Below are positions 21,723 through 30,703 of a DNA stretch of 64,000 nucleotides, in pieces. Source of the DNA: Gemmatales bacterium (GTDB lineage Bacteria; Planctomycetota; Planctomycetia; Gemmatales; HRBIN36); NCBI GenBank assembly GCA_041640595.1, contig JBEPZY010000003.1:116773-180772 (forward strand). Reading direction: 5' to 3'. The notes under the pieces were generated by a model, which was given only the letters and a program-made list of their open reading frames with translations, searched no databases and was not told the DNA's origin. Each line of letters begins with the position of its first letter. The first letter of the stretch is position 1. Position numbers and translations under genes: made by a program.

Positions 21723-23753
21723 ATGAATGACTCCCACAAGCGGACGATTCTTTTTGGTTTTCTCGACATCCACCGCCGGTTGGCGGAGATGGAAGCGATG
21801 CTTGCCGGAAGTCTCGTTTCTTCGCCGTTCAGTCAGTATGTCAACGACCTGTCACCGACGGAACGGCGAGTCATCGAGGATTACTTCAACCGCGTGCGCA
21901 GCGTGATGCTTGCCTTGCTGCAAGAGGCCGACATTGCTCTGGAGGTACGGCGGACCAGCCTGCGGTGGGCGTTGCAGTGTGGCATAACCTCGCTGTTAGT
22001 GGCGGTGGCGGAGCTTGGCCCGGAGCGTTTGCGTGCTTACGGCCCTCTGGATGCCGACAGCCAGGCGCTGGCACGGAAGGTGCAGCAGGAACTGACCCGG
22101 CTCATTGAGCGTATCGCTGCGTACCTGCGCCAGGGTGTCGGACGCGATCTGGCGCAGAGGTTAACCAGGCTCGAAGCAGAGCCGGCCAGCTTGCAGACGC
22201 TGAAACTTCTTGAGCGAATCATCACCCGCTGGGGCCTGGTCGAGTTTCGGCCGCAACTCGAACTGATCATACAACGTCTGGAAGTCCCTCGGTTTGAGAT
22301 TGCCTTTTTCGGGCGCGTCAATTCCGGCAAATCATCCCTGCTGAACCATATCGTGGGCATGAACATACTTCCTGTGGGTGTGACGCCTGTGACGGCGGTT
22401 CCTATCCGATTAGCACGAGGCGACCGGCCTGTGGCCCATATCACGTTTGCTGATCTGCCGCCGCGTAGCGTTCCTGTGGAGGAGCTAAGCGAGTATGCCT
22501 CGGAGGAAAAGAATCCTGGCAACGCAAAACACGTCACCGGTATTCTGGTGCAACTGCCGACGCCCAGACTCCGCGAGGGAATCATCCTGGTGGACACGCC
22601 GGGCGTTGGTTCGCTGGCTCGTTCGGGCAGTGCAGAAACGCTCGCTTATCTGCCCCACTGCGACCTGGGAGTGGTGCTGATTGACGCCGGTTCGATGTTC
22701 GGCCCGGAGGACGTGGATTTGCTCCGACTCCTTTACGAAGCGGGCATTCCGGCCCAGGTAGTGCTGAGCAAAGCCGACCTCTTGAAGCCACCGGACCGGC
22801 AACGGATGGTGAATTACATCCGCGAGCAACTGCGGCAGGAACTCGGACTGGATTTGCCGGTTCACCCGGTCAGCACCGTCGGGCCTGACGAGGAACTTCT
22901 AACGCGATGGTTCGAACAGGAGGTTGAGCCGAAGCTGGCTCAGCACCGTGCGCTTATGGAGGCTTCCTTACGGCGAAAAATCAATCATCTCAGGGAGTCG
23001 GTCATTGCAGTGTTGCAGACGATGCTGGCTCAGCGGGAAGGGGAGACGGGTGGAGCCAGCGACACGGCCGGGACAGGGTTGCTGCGACAGCTTCTCGACC
23101 AAACCGACGAGGTGATTCGCCAAACCGAGATTCGCTGCCGCGACTGGACTATGGACGTGCCCGCCTTGCTGGAAATGGTCCTGGACGAGGCTGCACAGGC
23201 GGTTGTGCGTACCCGAGGAGATTCGCCGATTCTCGACGCACTCCAGCGTGCTCTGGCCCAACGTGACCGGGCGGCCCAGGAGTTGCTATCGAATTTGCGG
23301 CAGACGCTGGTCGGCACTCTGCAGGGTTTGCAGCAAGCGGCACCGATCGTCGCGGCTGATGTTAGTGCCCTTCGGGATTTCGCATTTCGAGGCTTGCCTG
23401 CCTACGATCTGGTCGCGTGGCGGGCGAAATTGCGCTGGTCGCGGCCATGGTGGGCGTTTCTTTTACCTCGATTGGCGGTGTGGTTAACACGCCGTAAGCT
23501 GGAAAGACACCTGGGGACAAGCTTGCGAGAAGCGATCGAACTTCACGAACGGCAATTGCAAGCGTGGCTCAAGGCGAGTTTTGAACAGCTGGTGGAATTG
23601 TACGAAGCGCAAGCGGAGGTTTTCCGAGAACAGGCGCGGCGCAGGAGACGTATCAACGGAGAAAGTGGTGAGCCGATGACAGCAGCCGACCTGCAAAACC
23701 TGCGTGCCGATTTGCTCGAACTGGAGCAAAATACGTTACCGCAGCCGGAGTAA
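21723..23753 (+). CDS. Bacterial dynamin-like GTPase
   Basis: GRVNSGKSS P-loop, LPVGVTPVT, VDTPG, SKAD; helical N- and C-terminal regions. Confidence 0.88.
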   Translation: MNDSHKRTILFGFLDIHRRLAEMEAMLAGSLVSSPFSQYVNDLSPTERRVIEDYFNRVRSVMLALLQEADIALEVRRTSLRWALQCGITSLLVAVAELGPERLRAYGPLDADSQALARKVQQELTRLIERIAAYLRQGVGRDLAQRLTRLEAEPASLQTLKLLERIITRWGLVEFRPQLELIIQRLEVPRFEIAFFGRVNSGKSSLLNHIVGMNILPVGVTPVTAVPIRLARGDRPVAHITFADLPPRSVPVEELSEYASEEKNPGNAKHVTGILVQLPTPRLREGIILVDTPGVGSLARSGSAETLAYLPHCDLGVVLIDAGSMFGPEDVDLLRLLYEAGIPAQVVLSKADLLKPPDRQRMVNYIREQLRQELGLDLPVHPVSTVGPDEELLTRWFEQEVEPKLAQHRALMEASLRRKINHLRESVIAVLQTMLAQREGETGGASDTAGTGLLRQLLDQTDEVIRQTEIRCRDWTMDVPALLEMVLDEAAQAVVRTRGDSPILDALQRALAQRDRAAQELLSNLRQTLVGTLQGLQQAAPIVAADVSALRDFAFRGLPAYDLVAWRAKLRWSRPWWAFLLPRLAVWLTRRKLERHLGTSLREAIELHERQLQAWLKASFEQLVELYEAQAEVFREQARRRRRINGESGEPMTAADLQNLRADLLELEQNTLPQPE

Positions 23754-23790
23754 TTATGAGAAACCGAGGTCAGCAAGGGCTGGGCTGGTA

Positions 23791-25077
23791 ATGGACGAGC
23801 AAAGCGACATAAAAACGGGGATGCCGGGTGGAGAATCGCTCCTGGGTAGCGACCGTTGGCTCAACCGAAATGTGCTCGGCATGGGGTTGACCAGTTTGCT
23901 GTCCGACGCTGGGCATGAGATGGCAACCGCCATCCTGGCAGGGTTCCTGGGAGTTCTGGGGGCCCCGGCGTACGCGCTGGGAGTGATAGACGGCGTGGCC
24001 GATGGCGTGCTCAGTTTTGTCAAACTGGCTGCCGGATGGTGGAGCGACCGGTTGGGGCACCGCAAGGGTATTGCCACGGCTGGCTACTTGCTAACGGGTT
24101 GTGCCAAAGCACTGTTCGCCTTGGCTGGGAGTTGGCCGGTTGTTCTCCTAGGGCGGGTGCTGGGTTGGTTCGGGCGAGGGATCCGCAGTCCGTTGCGGGA
24201 TGCTATGCTGGCTGAGTCGGTCCCTCCCCAAGACCTGGGCAAGGCGTTCGGATTCCATCGTGCAGGCGACACGGTAGGGGCGATCGTCGGCCCACTTTTG
24301 GGTGCATCGCTACTGGCTCTTTTTCTGCCCTACGCGGCCGGCGATCCGTCGAGGCCATTCCGGCTCGTTTTCCTTTTGACGTTGCTACCCGGACTTGGGT
24401 CGGCACTGGTTTTCGCGTGGATGGTCCGTGAGCGCCCTCGCCCTTCCAACGAAAAAACTCGGCTCTGGGCCTCTGTCCGTACCCTTCCTGGCTCTTTTCG
24501 GTGGTGGTTGGTTGGGGTGGGTGTCTTTGGTATGGGAGACTTTTCGCACACGTTGTTGATCCTGGCGGCTATGGAACTGCTGACCCCGACTTACGGAGCC
24601 ATGCAAGCTGCCCAGCTGGGTGCACTGTTGTACGCACTTCGGAACGTGCTCTATGCCCTTACCAGCTACCCCATTGGAGCATTGAGTGACCGGGTGGGTC
24701 GGCGGAAGGTACTGGCGGCGGGCTACGCCCTGGCGGTACTGGTTATGCTCGGGTTCGGTGTTTTATTTATGCTGGGTGTGGTCAGGCTCTGGATTCTGGC
24801 GATTTTCTTTGCACTCGCAGGGGTTTTCATCGCCGTGGAGGATGCCCTGGAAGGGACATTGACCGCTGAACTGGTCCCGGAGCTAACGCTGCGCGGGACT
24901 GCTTACGGCGTTTTGGGCGCGGTCAATGGGATTGGCGATCTCTTTTCCAGCGTCATTGTCGGGTGGCTCTGGTTCCAGTTCGGGTTCACCAGCGGATTTT
25001 TGTTCGCGGCGGGCGTAATGGCAACCGGGTTGTTGCTTCTGTGCCTGATCCGGACACCACTTCACCAGGGCGGATGA
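23791..25077 (+). CDS. MFS transporter
   Basis: About 12 TM segments; GWWSDRLGHRK and GALSDRVGRRK MFS motif A. Confidence 0.9.
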   Translation: MDEQSDIKTGMPGGESLLGSDRWLNRNVLGMGLTSLLSDAGHEMATAILAGFLGVLGAPAYALGVIDGVADGVLSFVKLAAGWWSDRLGHRKGIATAGYLLTGCAKALFALAGSWPVVLLGRVLGWFGRGIRSPLRDAMLAESVPPQDLGKAFGFHRAGDTVGAIVGPLLGASLLALFLPYAAGDPSRPFRLVFLLTLLPGLGSALVFAWMVRERPRPSNEKTRLWASVRTLPGSFRWWLVGVGVFGMGDFSHTLLILAAMELLTPTYGAMQAAQLGALLYALRNVLYALTSYPIGALSDRVGRRKVLAAGYALAVLVMLGFGVLFMLGVVRLWILAIFFALAGVFIAVEDALEGTLTAELVPELTLRGTAYGVLGAVNGIGDLFSSVIVGWLWFQFGFTSGFLFAAGVMATGLLLLCLIRTPLHQGG

Positions 25078-25185
25078 ATCTAACCTGCTGACACAGCGTC
25101 TTGCGAAAATACTGCGTGAGCCCGTGAGGCTAGCTGCTGGCAGGTGGCTGACCCTGGCGGTCAAAATCGTACCGAAACGCTGGCC

Positions 25186-25214
25186 TTGATTTGGACGAAG
25201 CTGGATTGTACAAT
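25186..25214 (+). promoter_or_regulatory. Sigma70-type promoter of the fluoride riboswitch operon
   Basis: TTGATT-17 bp-TACAAT, ending 7 nt before the riboswitch. Confidence 0.65.
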
Positions 25215-25221
25215 CTAACGC

Positions 25222-25285
25222 GGCGATGGGGTTCGCCGTGAACCGCAGCGGTTCCCTTGCGGAACCGTTGCTGATGACCCCTACC
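25222..25285 (+). ncRNA. Fluoride riboswitch (crcB motif)
   Basis: GGCGATGGGGTTCGCC...AACCGC...GCTGATGACCCCTAC matches the consensus, including GGGGT/ACCCC pseudoknot complementarity. Confidence 0.92.
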
Positions 25286-25330
25286 TTGCTGGGTTCTCCC
25301 CGGAAGGTGGGGGTCGCATCGGCGAATGGT

Positions 25331-25377
25331 CAGGCCCCACCGGGAAGGACCCAGTTCCCGGTGGGGCCTTCTTTTTT
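25331..25377 (+). terminator. Intrinsic terminator (riboswitch expression platform)
   Basis: AGGCCCCACCGGGAA/TTCCCGGTGGGGCCT stem followed by TCTTTTTT. Confidence 0.85.
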
Positions 25378-25399
25378 GGCCTGCGCTGGAGCATCGCGC

Positions 25400-26584
25400 A
25401 TGAACGTCATCACCATCTTACGGGAGTACGGCGCAGGAGGCGGCGAAGTAGCACGCCGACTGGCTGATATTCTCGGCTGGGAATTGCTCGACCAGGCATT
25501 GCTTCACGAGGCCGCTGCTATCGAAAATCTCCCCGACGCGGAACTGGAACGCCTGGACGAAAAGGAACTGACTCTGGCGGAGCGGTTTCGTCTTCGTCCG
25601 ACGCATCAGAAATACATCCACGGGCTCACCGAGGCAGCCCGGCGAGCGGTGGCTCGAGGCAACGTGATTCTTGTCGGACGCGGTACCCGTTTCCTGGTGG
25701 GCGACTTACCCAACGCCTTTCATCTCCGGCTGGTCGCTCCGAGTGCCTGGCGTGCCGAACGGATGGCTCGATTGGAACGCTGGTCGGTGGAACAGGCGCT
25801 GGTGCGTTGCCGGGAAGTGGATCGCACGCGGGAACGTTTTACCCGCTACTTTTTCGGGCCGCACGCTCTTGAACCGGAGCAATACGACCTGATCGTCAAC
25901 ACCGGTCGCTTTCCCCTCGAGGAGGTGGTCGCCTGCGTGGTGGCGCTCGTCCGGAATGATTGGGCAACGGATGCCCGGCAAGGTTCGGTCAGTCCCCGGG
26001 TGTTGACGCTGGCTCGCCAGTTAGGGGCCGGGGACACAGGATTTGCTCCGACCCTGGCCGATCGGCTGGGACTGAAAGTGTACGACCGCGCGTTGCTGGA
26101 GCAGGCGGTCATCCAGCTGGGCGTGCGCGAGTCGGAGCTGGAAAAGATTGACGAACAACCAGCCAGCATTTTTCAGCGATTCCGGCCGGGGAGTCTCTAC
26201 CAGCGCTATTTCGAGGCCCTGAAGAACCTGATGCATGAACTGGCGCGGCAGGGCGATGTGCTGATCGTCGGGCGGGGCGGTAGTCGCTTCCTCCGCGACC
26301 ATCCTTCCGCTCTGCATGTGCGTCTGGTGGCAACGATGCCGGTGCGGATTCGGCGGGTCATGGAGCATCGCTGGCTGCGGGAAGAAGCAGCTCAACAACT
26401 CATCGCCGAAAGCGACGAACAGCGTCGCCGTTTTTATCAGGACTATTTCGGAGCCGACTGGGCCGATCCGCTGGAGTATCACCTGACAGTCAACACCGGG
26501 CGGCTGGGACCGACCGCCGTGGACCTCATCGCTTTTGCCGCCCAACGCTACTGGCAGCAACCAGGCCCGCGAACAGCGACCTGA
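25400..26584 (+). CDS. Tandem cytidylate-kinase-like (Cytidylate_kin2) double-domain protein
   Basis: Two repeats: VITILREYGAGG..VILVGRG..YDLIVNTG and VLTLARQLGAG..VLIVGRG..YHLTVNTG. Confidence 0.85.
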   Translation: MNVITILREYGAGGGEVARRLADILGWELLDQALLHEAAAIENLPDAELERLDEKELTLAERFRLRPTHQKYIHGLTEAARRAVARGNVILVGRGTRFLVGDLPNAFHLRLVAPSAWRAERMARLERWSVEQALVRCREVDRTRERFTRYFFGPHALEPEQYDLIVNTGRFPLEEVVACVVALVRNDWATDARQGSVSPRVLTLARQLGAGDTGFAPTLADRLGLKVYDRALLEQAVIQLGVRESELEKIDEQPASIFQRFRPGSLYQRYFEALKNLMHELARQGDVLIVGRGGSRFLRDHPSALHVRLVATMPVRIRRVMEHRWLREEAAQQLIAESDEQRRRFYQDYFGADWADPLEYHLTVNTGRLGPTAVDLIAFAAQRYWQQPGPRTAT

Positions 26585-26620
26585 GCTTACGAAGGAGCCG
26601 ATTGAACGAGGGGAACGGTC

Positions 26621-27919
26621 ATGGAACACGCATGGGCAACGGCTGCACTCTGGATGGGACTGGCACTACTGGCCAGCTACCTTTCCATTCGCTACAAGGT
26701 AAGCGTGGCGCTGGTGGAAATCGTTGTCGGCATCGTCGCCGGCAACCTGGCGCTGCTGCTGAATCATTACCAGGTGTTCGGCTGGCACTGGCAACTCAAG
26801 GCCAATGAGTGGATCACTTTCCTGGCAGGGTTCGGCAGCATCCTGTTGACCTTCATGGCCGGTGCGGAGATAGAGCCGGCCGTGCTGCGCAAGTTCCTGA
26901 AAGAAAGCCTGGCTATCGGCGTGGCCAGTTTTGCTGCACCGTTCTTCGGGGCCATGCTCTTTGCTCGCTGGGTCAGTGGCTGGGATTGGAACGCGGCGAT
27001 GATCTGCGGCATCGCCCTGTCCACCACATCGGTCGCCGTCGTTTATGCCGTGATGGTAGAAACCGGATTGAACGAGACCGACTTCGGCAAACTGATCCTG
27101 GCTGCCTGCTTCGTCACCGATCTGGGTACGGTGCTGGCTCTGGGCATCTGCTTCGCCAATTACGACTGGAGCCTGGTGTCGTTTGTGGCCATTACTGCCG
27201 CAGCTTTGTGGCTGGTGCCGGGGTTTGTCCGCTGGTTCTTCAGCCGCTATGCCACGCATGTCAGCGAGCCAGGGGTCAAGATGGTCTTCTTTGTGCTGTT
27301 CGGTCTGGGAGCGCTGGCGGCACTGTCCAGAAGCGAAGCTGTGCTGCCCGCTTATCTGGTAGGATTAGTCCTGGCGGGAATATTCGCTCACCAGCGCGAC
27401 ACGGTGCGTCGCCTGCGTACCACGGTGTTCGCCTTCCTGACACCGTTTTACTTCCTCAACGCCGGGATGAAAGTTTATACCCCCGCCTTGTGGACGGGTC
27501 TGGGATTAGTCATCATCCTTTTGCTGGTCAAGCTGGTGACCAAGATGATCGGTGTTTGGCCAATAACTCGCTGGTTCCGTTTCGGCGTGCGTGAAAGCAA
27601 CTACACGACGTTACTCATGTCCACCGGCCTCACCTTCGGCACCATCAGCGCCTTATTCGGTCTCAACAACGGTTACATCACCCAGGAACAGTACTCCATC
27701 CTGGTCACGGTGGTCATCGCCAGTGCCATCGTGCCGACCATGATCGCCCAGGCCTTTTTCAGACCGGATATCGAACCAGCCGTGGCAGCCACCATCTCGG
27801 CGTCGCCTCCGGTACCTGCTGGCACCGCGGCGAGCAAAATGGCAGGCACAGATGGTGCGGTGTCTTCCACCGCCCCGGCTGTCCACGCAGCGAAGCAGGG
27901 CGAAACCAAACAAGCCTAG
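26621..27919 (+). CDS. Cation:proton antiporter (CPA2/Na+/H+ exchanger family)
   Basis: Highly hydrophobic; ALSTTSVAVV, GKLILAACFVTDL motifs. Confidence 0.9.
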   Translation: MEHAWATAALWMGLALLASYLSIRYKVSVALVEIVVGIVAGNLALLLNHYQVFGWHWQLKANEWITFLAGFGSILLTFMAGAEIEPAVLRKFLKESLAIGVASFAAPFFGAMLFARWVSGWDWNAAMICGIALSTTSVAVVYAVMVETGLNETDFGKLILAACFVTDLGTVLALGICFANYDWSLVSFVAITAAALWLVPGFVRWFFSRYATHVSEPGVKMVFFVLFGLGALAALSRSEAVLPAYLVGLVLAGIFAHQRDTVRRLRTTVFAFLTPFYFLNAGMKVYTPALWTGLGLVIILLLVKLVTKMIGVWPITRWFRFGVRESNYTTLLMSTGLTFGTISALFGLNNGYITQEQYSILVTVVIASAIVPTMIAQAFFRPDIEPAVAATISASPPVPAGTAASKMAGTDGAVSSTAPAVHAAKQGETKQA

Positions 27920-27991
27920 AGTGATCACCGACGCGACCTACACCGATACCGGCGTGTATCAGCAAAAACCATCCGATACGAGGGTACGACC

Positions 27992-28411
27992 ATGTTTCAC
28001 AAGATTCTGGTAGGGATTGATGGCTCCCCGGCCAGCGAAAAAGCACTGGCTGCGGCAGTGGACCTGGCCGCGCATTATCAAGCCGACTTGATCGCCATCA
28101 GTGTCGCCGAGGTACCACAGGTCGTCGGCCTGGTGGACGAAGTGGACGAGCTGCGACAAAGTGCCGAGGCACAACTGCGCGAAATCGGCGCAGCAGCAGT
28201 CGAGTATGCTCGCAGTCGGGGTGTGGTCATGCGTTCCGTTGTTGTGCGCGGGCACGCCGCCGACGCCATCGTCCGCTATGCCGAGAGCGAAGGGGTCAAT
28301 TTGATTGTCCTGGGCCAGCACGGTCACTCGCGGATTTCTCGCTTCTTCCTGGGAAGCACCACCGATCGCGTCAGCGAACACAGCCCTTGCTCGGTGATGA
28401 TCGTCAAGTGA
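27992..28411 (+). CDS. Universal stress protein
   Basis: KILVGIDGS..LIVLGQHG..LGSTTDRV..CSVMIVK. Confidence 0.93.
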   Translation: MFHKILVGIDGSPASEKALAAAVDLAAHYQADLIAISVAEVPQVVGLVDEVDELRQSAEAQLREIGAAAVEYARSRGVVMRSVVVRGHAADAIVRYAESEGVNLIVLGQHGHSRISRFFLGSTTDRVSEHSPCSVMIVK

Positions 28412-28496
28412 GCGAAGCCGACACCTTCAGCAAAAATCAAAGCAGTACGACGATGATGTTACCGCGGACGTTTGCTCCGAACGGGGCCGTACTGAG

Positions 28497-28883
28497 ATGA
28501 TCACCTTTTTCTGCCCGAACTGCTGGAAAGAAGTGAAGGAAACGGATACGGTTTGTCCTCATTGCCTGGCGAACATTGCCGAGCTGCTGCAGCAGCGAGA
28601 CTATGTCGCCAAACTGATTGCCGCGTTGTCCCATCCGGAGCCTGGCGTTCCGATTCGTGCTGCCTGGATTCTGGGCAAACTCCGTGCCCGAACAGCGGTA
28701 CAGCCCCTGCTCGCATTACTGCAAGGGGATGCCGACCAGTTCGTGAAAGCCGCGGCTGTGGAAGCCCTCGGCCAGATCGGCGACACCACTGCCCGACCAG
28801 TTTTGTTGGAACTCGCCCAGAAAGGCCCGGTCTTGCTACGCAACAAAGCGATCGAAGCACTCCGTCTCCTGCAGGACTCGTAA
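28497..28883 (+). CDS. Zinc-ribbon plus HEAT-repeat protein
   Basis: CPNC-x10-CPHC followed by RAAWILGKL and AAVEALGQIG HEAT units. Confidence 0.8.
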   Translation: MITFFCPNCWKEVKETDTVCPHCLANIAELLQQRDYVAKLIAALSHPEPGVPIRAAWILGKLRARTAVQPLLALLQGDADQFVKAAAVEALGQIGDTTARPVLLELAQKGPVLLRNKAIEALRLLQDS

Positions 28884-28976
28884 TTTCTGCCGAGCGACAC
28901 AGCTCATACCTTGCGACGTGCAAACCACCTGGCAGAGCTCAACGCATCTCGGCTCAAACTCGGCATAAGTGATTCA

Positions 28977-29074
28977 CTGAGACGAACAACGCAGCTGAGG
29001 CGATGACGTGGCAGGGATGCTGGTACGATAGCAAGACATTTGCCTCAGACGAAAAATGTAGCTGAGGCGATGAC
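28977..29074. CRISPR. CRISPR-like mini-array E: two 31-bp repeats, one 36-bp spacer
   Basis: CTGAGACGAACAACGCAGCTGAGGCGATGAC (28977-29007) and CTCAGACGAAAAATGTAGCTGAGGCGATGAC (29044-29074), 27/31 identical. Confidence 0.5.
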
Positions 29075-29354
29075 CCTCACCGCGAAATGACGCTGATTCG
29101 TGGCAATCGCCTGGAAGATGGCCGACCAACCTGGCCAGGGCGATGAGCATGACCGCGAAGGTGATGACCAATCTTCCCGCAACACCCGCACCCTCCAGGC
29201 TATGAGCCAGGCGAGCTGCCACAGGACACTGTGAAGGTAATGAGCGACCTTCCAGCAAGACACCGAACAGCACGCGGCAAGCCGACAATTGAACACACGC
29301 CAGGGCGACGAGTAGTCTGAATTGCGCAGCAAAACTCGGCCAACACGATTGTGC

Positions 29355-29726
29355 TTGGCTTGTCCCCAGCTTTGGCAGGAGCGGGCGACTTCACGGCACC
29401 TCGCCAGACAATTCGACTGGAAAAAATCCTTTCTTCTCGCCGAGAACGCCGGCATACTAATTCAGCAGCACCTGGCCAGTTACTGGTGTATGAAAACCTC
29501 GATTTTTGGTCTGGAGGGTCGCACGTCCATATTAGCCGGCGTTCGGCCAAGGCGATCGCAGACAACTGTGCGCGTGGTGATCGGAGACTGTTTTCAAAAC
29601 CTGAGGAAGCTCAGGCGGGCCTTGCATGTTTCACGTGCCCCCGAAAAACAAACCATCCGGCGTAACCAGCATCATGCGTAAGCCTTACATCCAACGTAGC
29701 CTCCGCGAAAACTTGGGATAAGTCAG
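29355..29726. mobile_element. MITE/IS remnant, diverged copy 1
   Basis: Ends TTGGCTTGTCCCCAGCTTTGG and AAAACTTGGGATAAGTCAG; alignable by eye with 30356-30659 at both ends and in the middle. Confidence 0.7.
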
Positions 29727-29727
29727 A

Positions 29728-29871
29728 TCGTACAGACCTCGACACTGTGCGCGTTGGATGCTGCAGGGGTGCTATATTGGTCTAAGCTGCGTCTTCGTAC
29801 AAACTGTCTTCCGGTTGTTGCGCATAGTCCAGCAAGATAGGTATTGGTCTAAGCTGTGTCTTCGTACAAAC
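29728..29871. CRISPR. CRISPR-like mini-array A: 30-bp repeats, 37-bp spacers
   Basis: TATTGGTCTAAGCTG(C/T)GTCTTCGTACAAAC at 29775-29804 and 29842-29871; in-phase remnant TCGTACAGAC ending at 29737 (period 67). Confidence 0.65.
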
Positions 29872-29920
29872 CTTGATGCTATGGGCGGTAAACTTACCGC
29901 CGGTTACTCTATCGCCGGTT

Positions 29921-30034
29921 GCTCACGACCAGCCGTTAGTTGCTGAAGAACTTGCAACAAAGTACCAGCCTCTGCCGTCTTCCGTCTCAATGTAAAGGCT
30001 CACGACCAGCCGTTAGTTGCTGAAGAACTTGCAA
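29921..30034. CRISPR. CRISPR-like mini-array B: two identical 37-bp repeats, one 40-bp spacer
   Basis: GCTCACGACCAGCCGTTAGTTGCTGAAGAACTTGCAA at 29921-29957 and 29998-30034. Confidence 0.6.
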
Positions 30035-30203
30035 TCCAGGAAGCGGTTAGCCAATCGCCTGCTGCCGAGGACCTACATCCTTGGCACATTCGTCCAGCGG
30101 AAGCAGGACTCGAACATCCTGCGAATTTCCTGGGAAAATGCGAGATTGGCGATTCCGCCGCAGCAAAAAGCGCAGCACCAAACGGCGTTATCAGTCGCCC
30201 TCG

Positions 30204-30703
30204 GGCGTACTTGACCGAAGCGCGAACCGACCATTGCAGCGCTTCGCGGACGCGAGGACGGCAAGGGGACGGACGGCGGCGTACTTGACCGGACGCGAAC
30301 GGAGCCATTGCAGCCCCGCCGGGAAACTGGCAGTGTCCTGGCCTCCCCTACGCCGCTGACCTATCCCCCGTTTTGGCAGTGGTGGGCGACTTCGCAACAC
30401 AGGGCTGGACAATGGCTTACGAAAAGTCTTGTTTTTTCAGCCTCGTGCACCGGACGTTCACATCGTTGCAGCGTTCAGCTGAGCCCATTGCAGCCAACCG
30501 TGTGCTTAGCGATCTGCGCCCCATTTCCAGGCCCCAAAGCAACTCGGTCAGGTTCCCCGTGGTCCACGAGCCCTTGAAAAACAGCCCCATCGGACGTAAC
30601 GAGCATCATCCCAGGGCCTTACGTCCAGGGGAGCCCCCTCAAAACTGGGGATAGGTCAGCCCTACGGCGTACTTGACCGAAACGCAAACGGAGCCATTGC
30701 AGC
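30204..30703 (+). CRISPR. CRISPR-like array C: three 37-38 bp repeats ending CCATTGCAGC, interrupted by a MITE
   Basis: Repeats at 30204-30240, 30278-30314, 30666-30703; removing the MITE restores a 74-bp period with 37-bp spacers. Confidence 0.7.
30356..30659. mobile_element. 304-bp MITE, IS4/IS10-like ends, copy 2
   Basis: 20-bp terminal inverted repeats CTGACCTATCCCCCGTTTTG / CAAAACTGGGGATAGGTCAG (1 mismatch); 10-bp target duplication CCCTACG(C/G)CG; no transposase. Confidence 0.85.

Noticed and set aside
28974..29320. Hydrophobic minus-strand reading (LVITFAVMLIALARLV) suggesting a membrane-protein pseudogene
   Set aside because: Too short and without a family motif; it may be a gene relic but cannot be called.
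30481..30493. CCATTGCAGC inside the MITE, matching the end of repeat C
   Set aside because: It aligns with the homologous internal position of MITE copy 1 (CGATCGCAGA), so it is MITE sequence and the match is coincidental.
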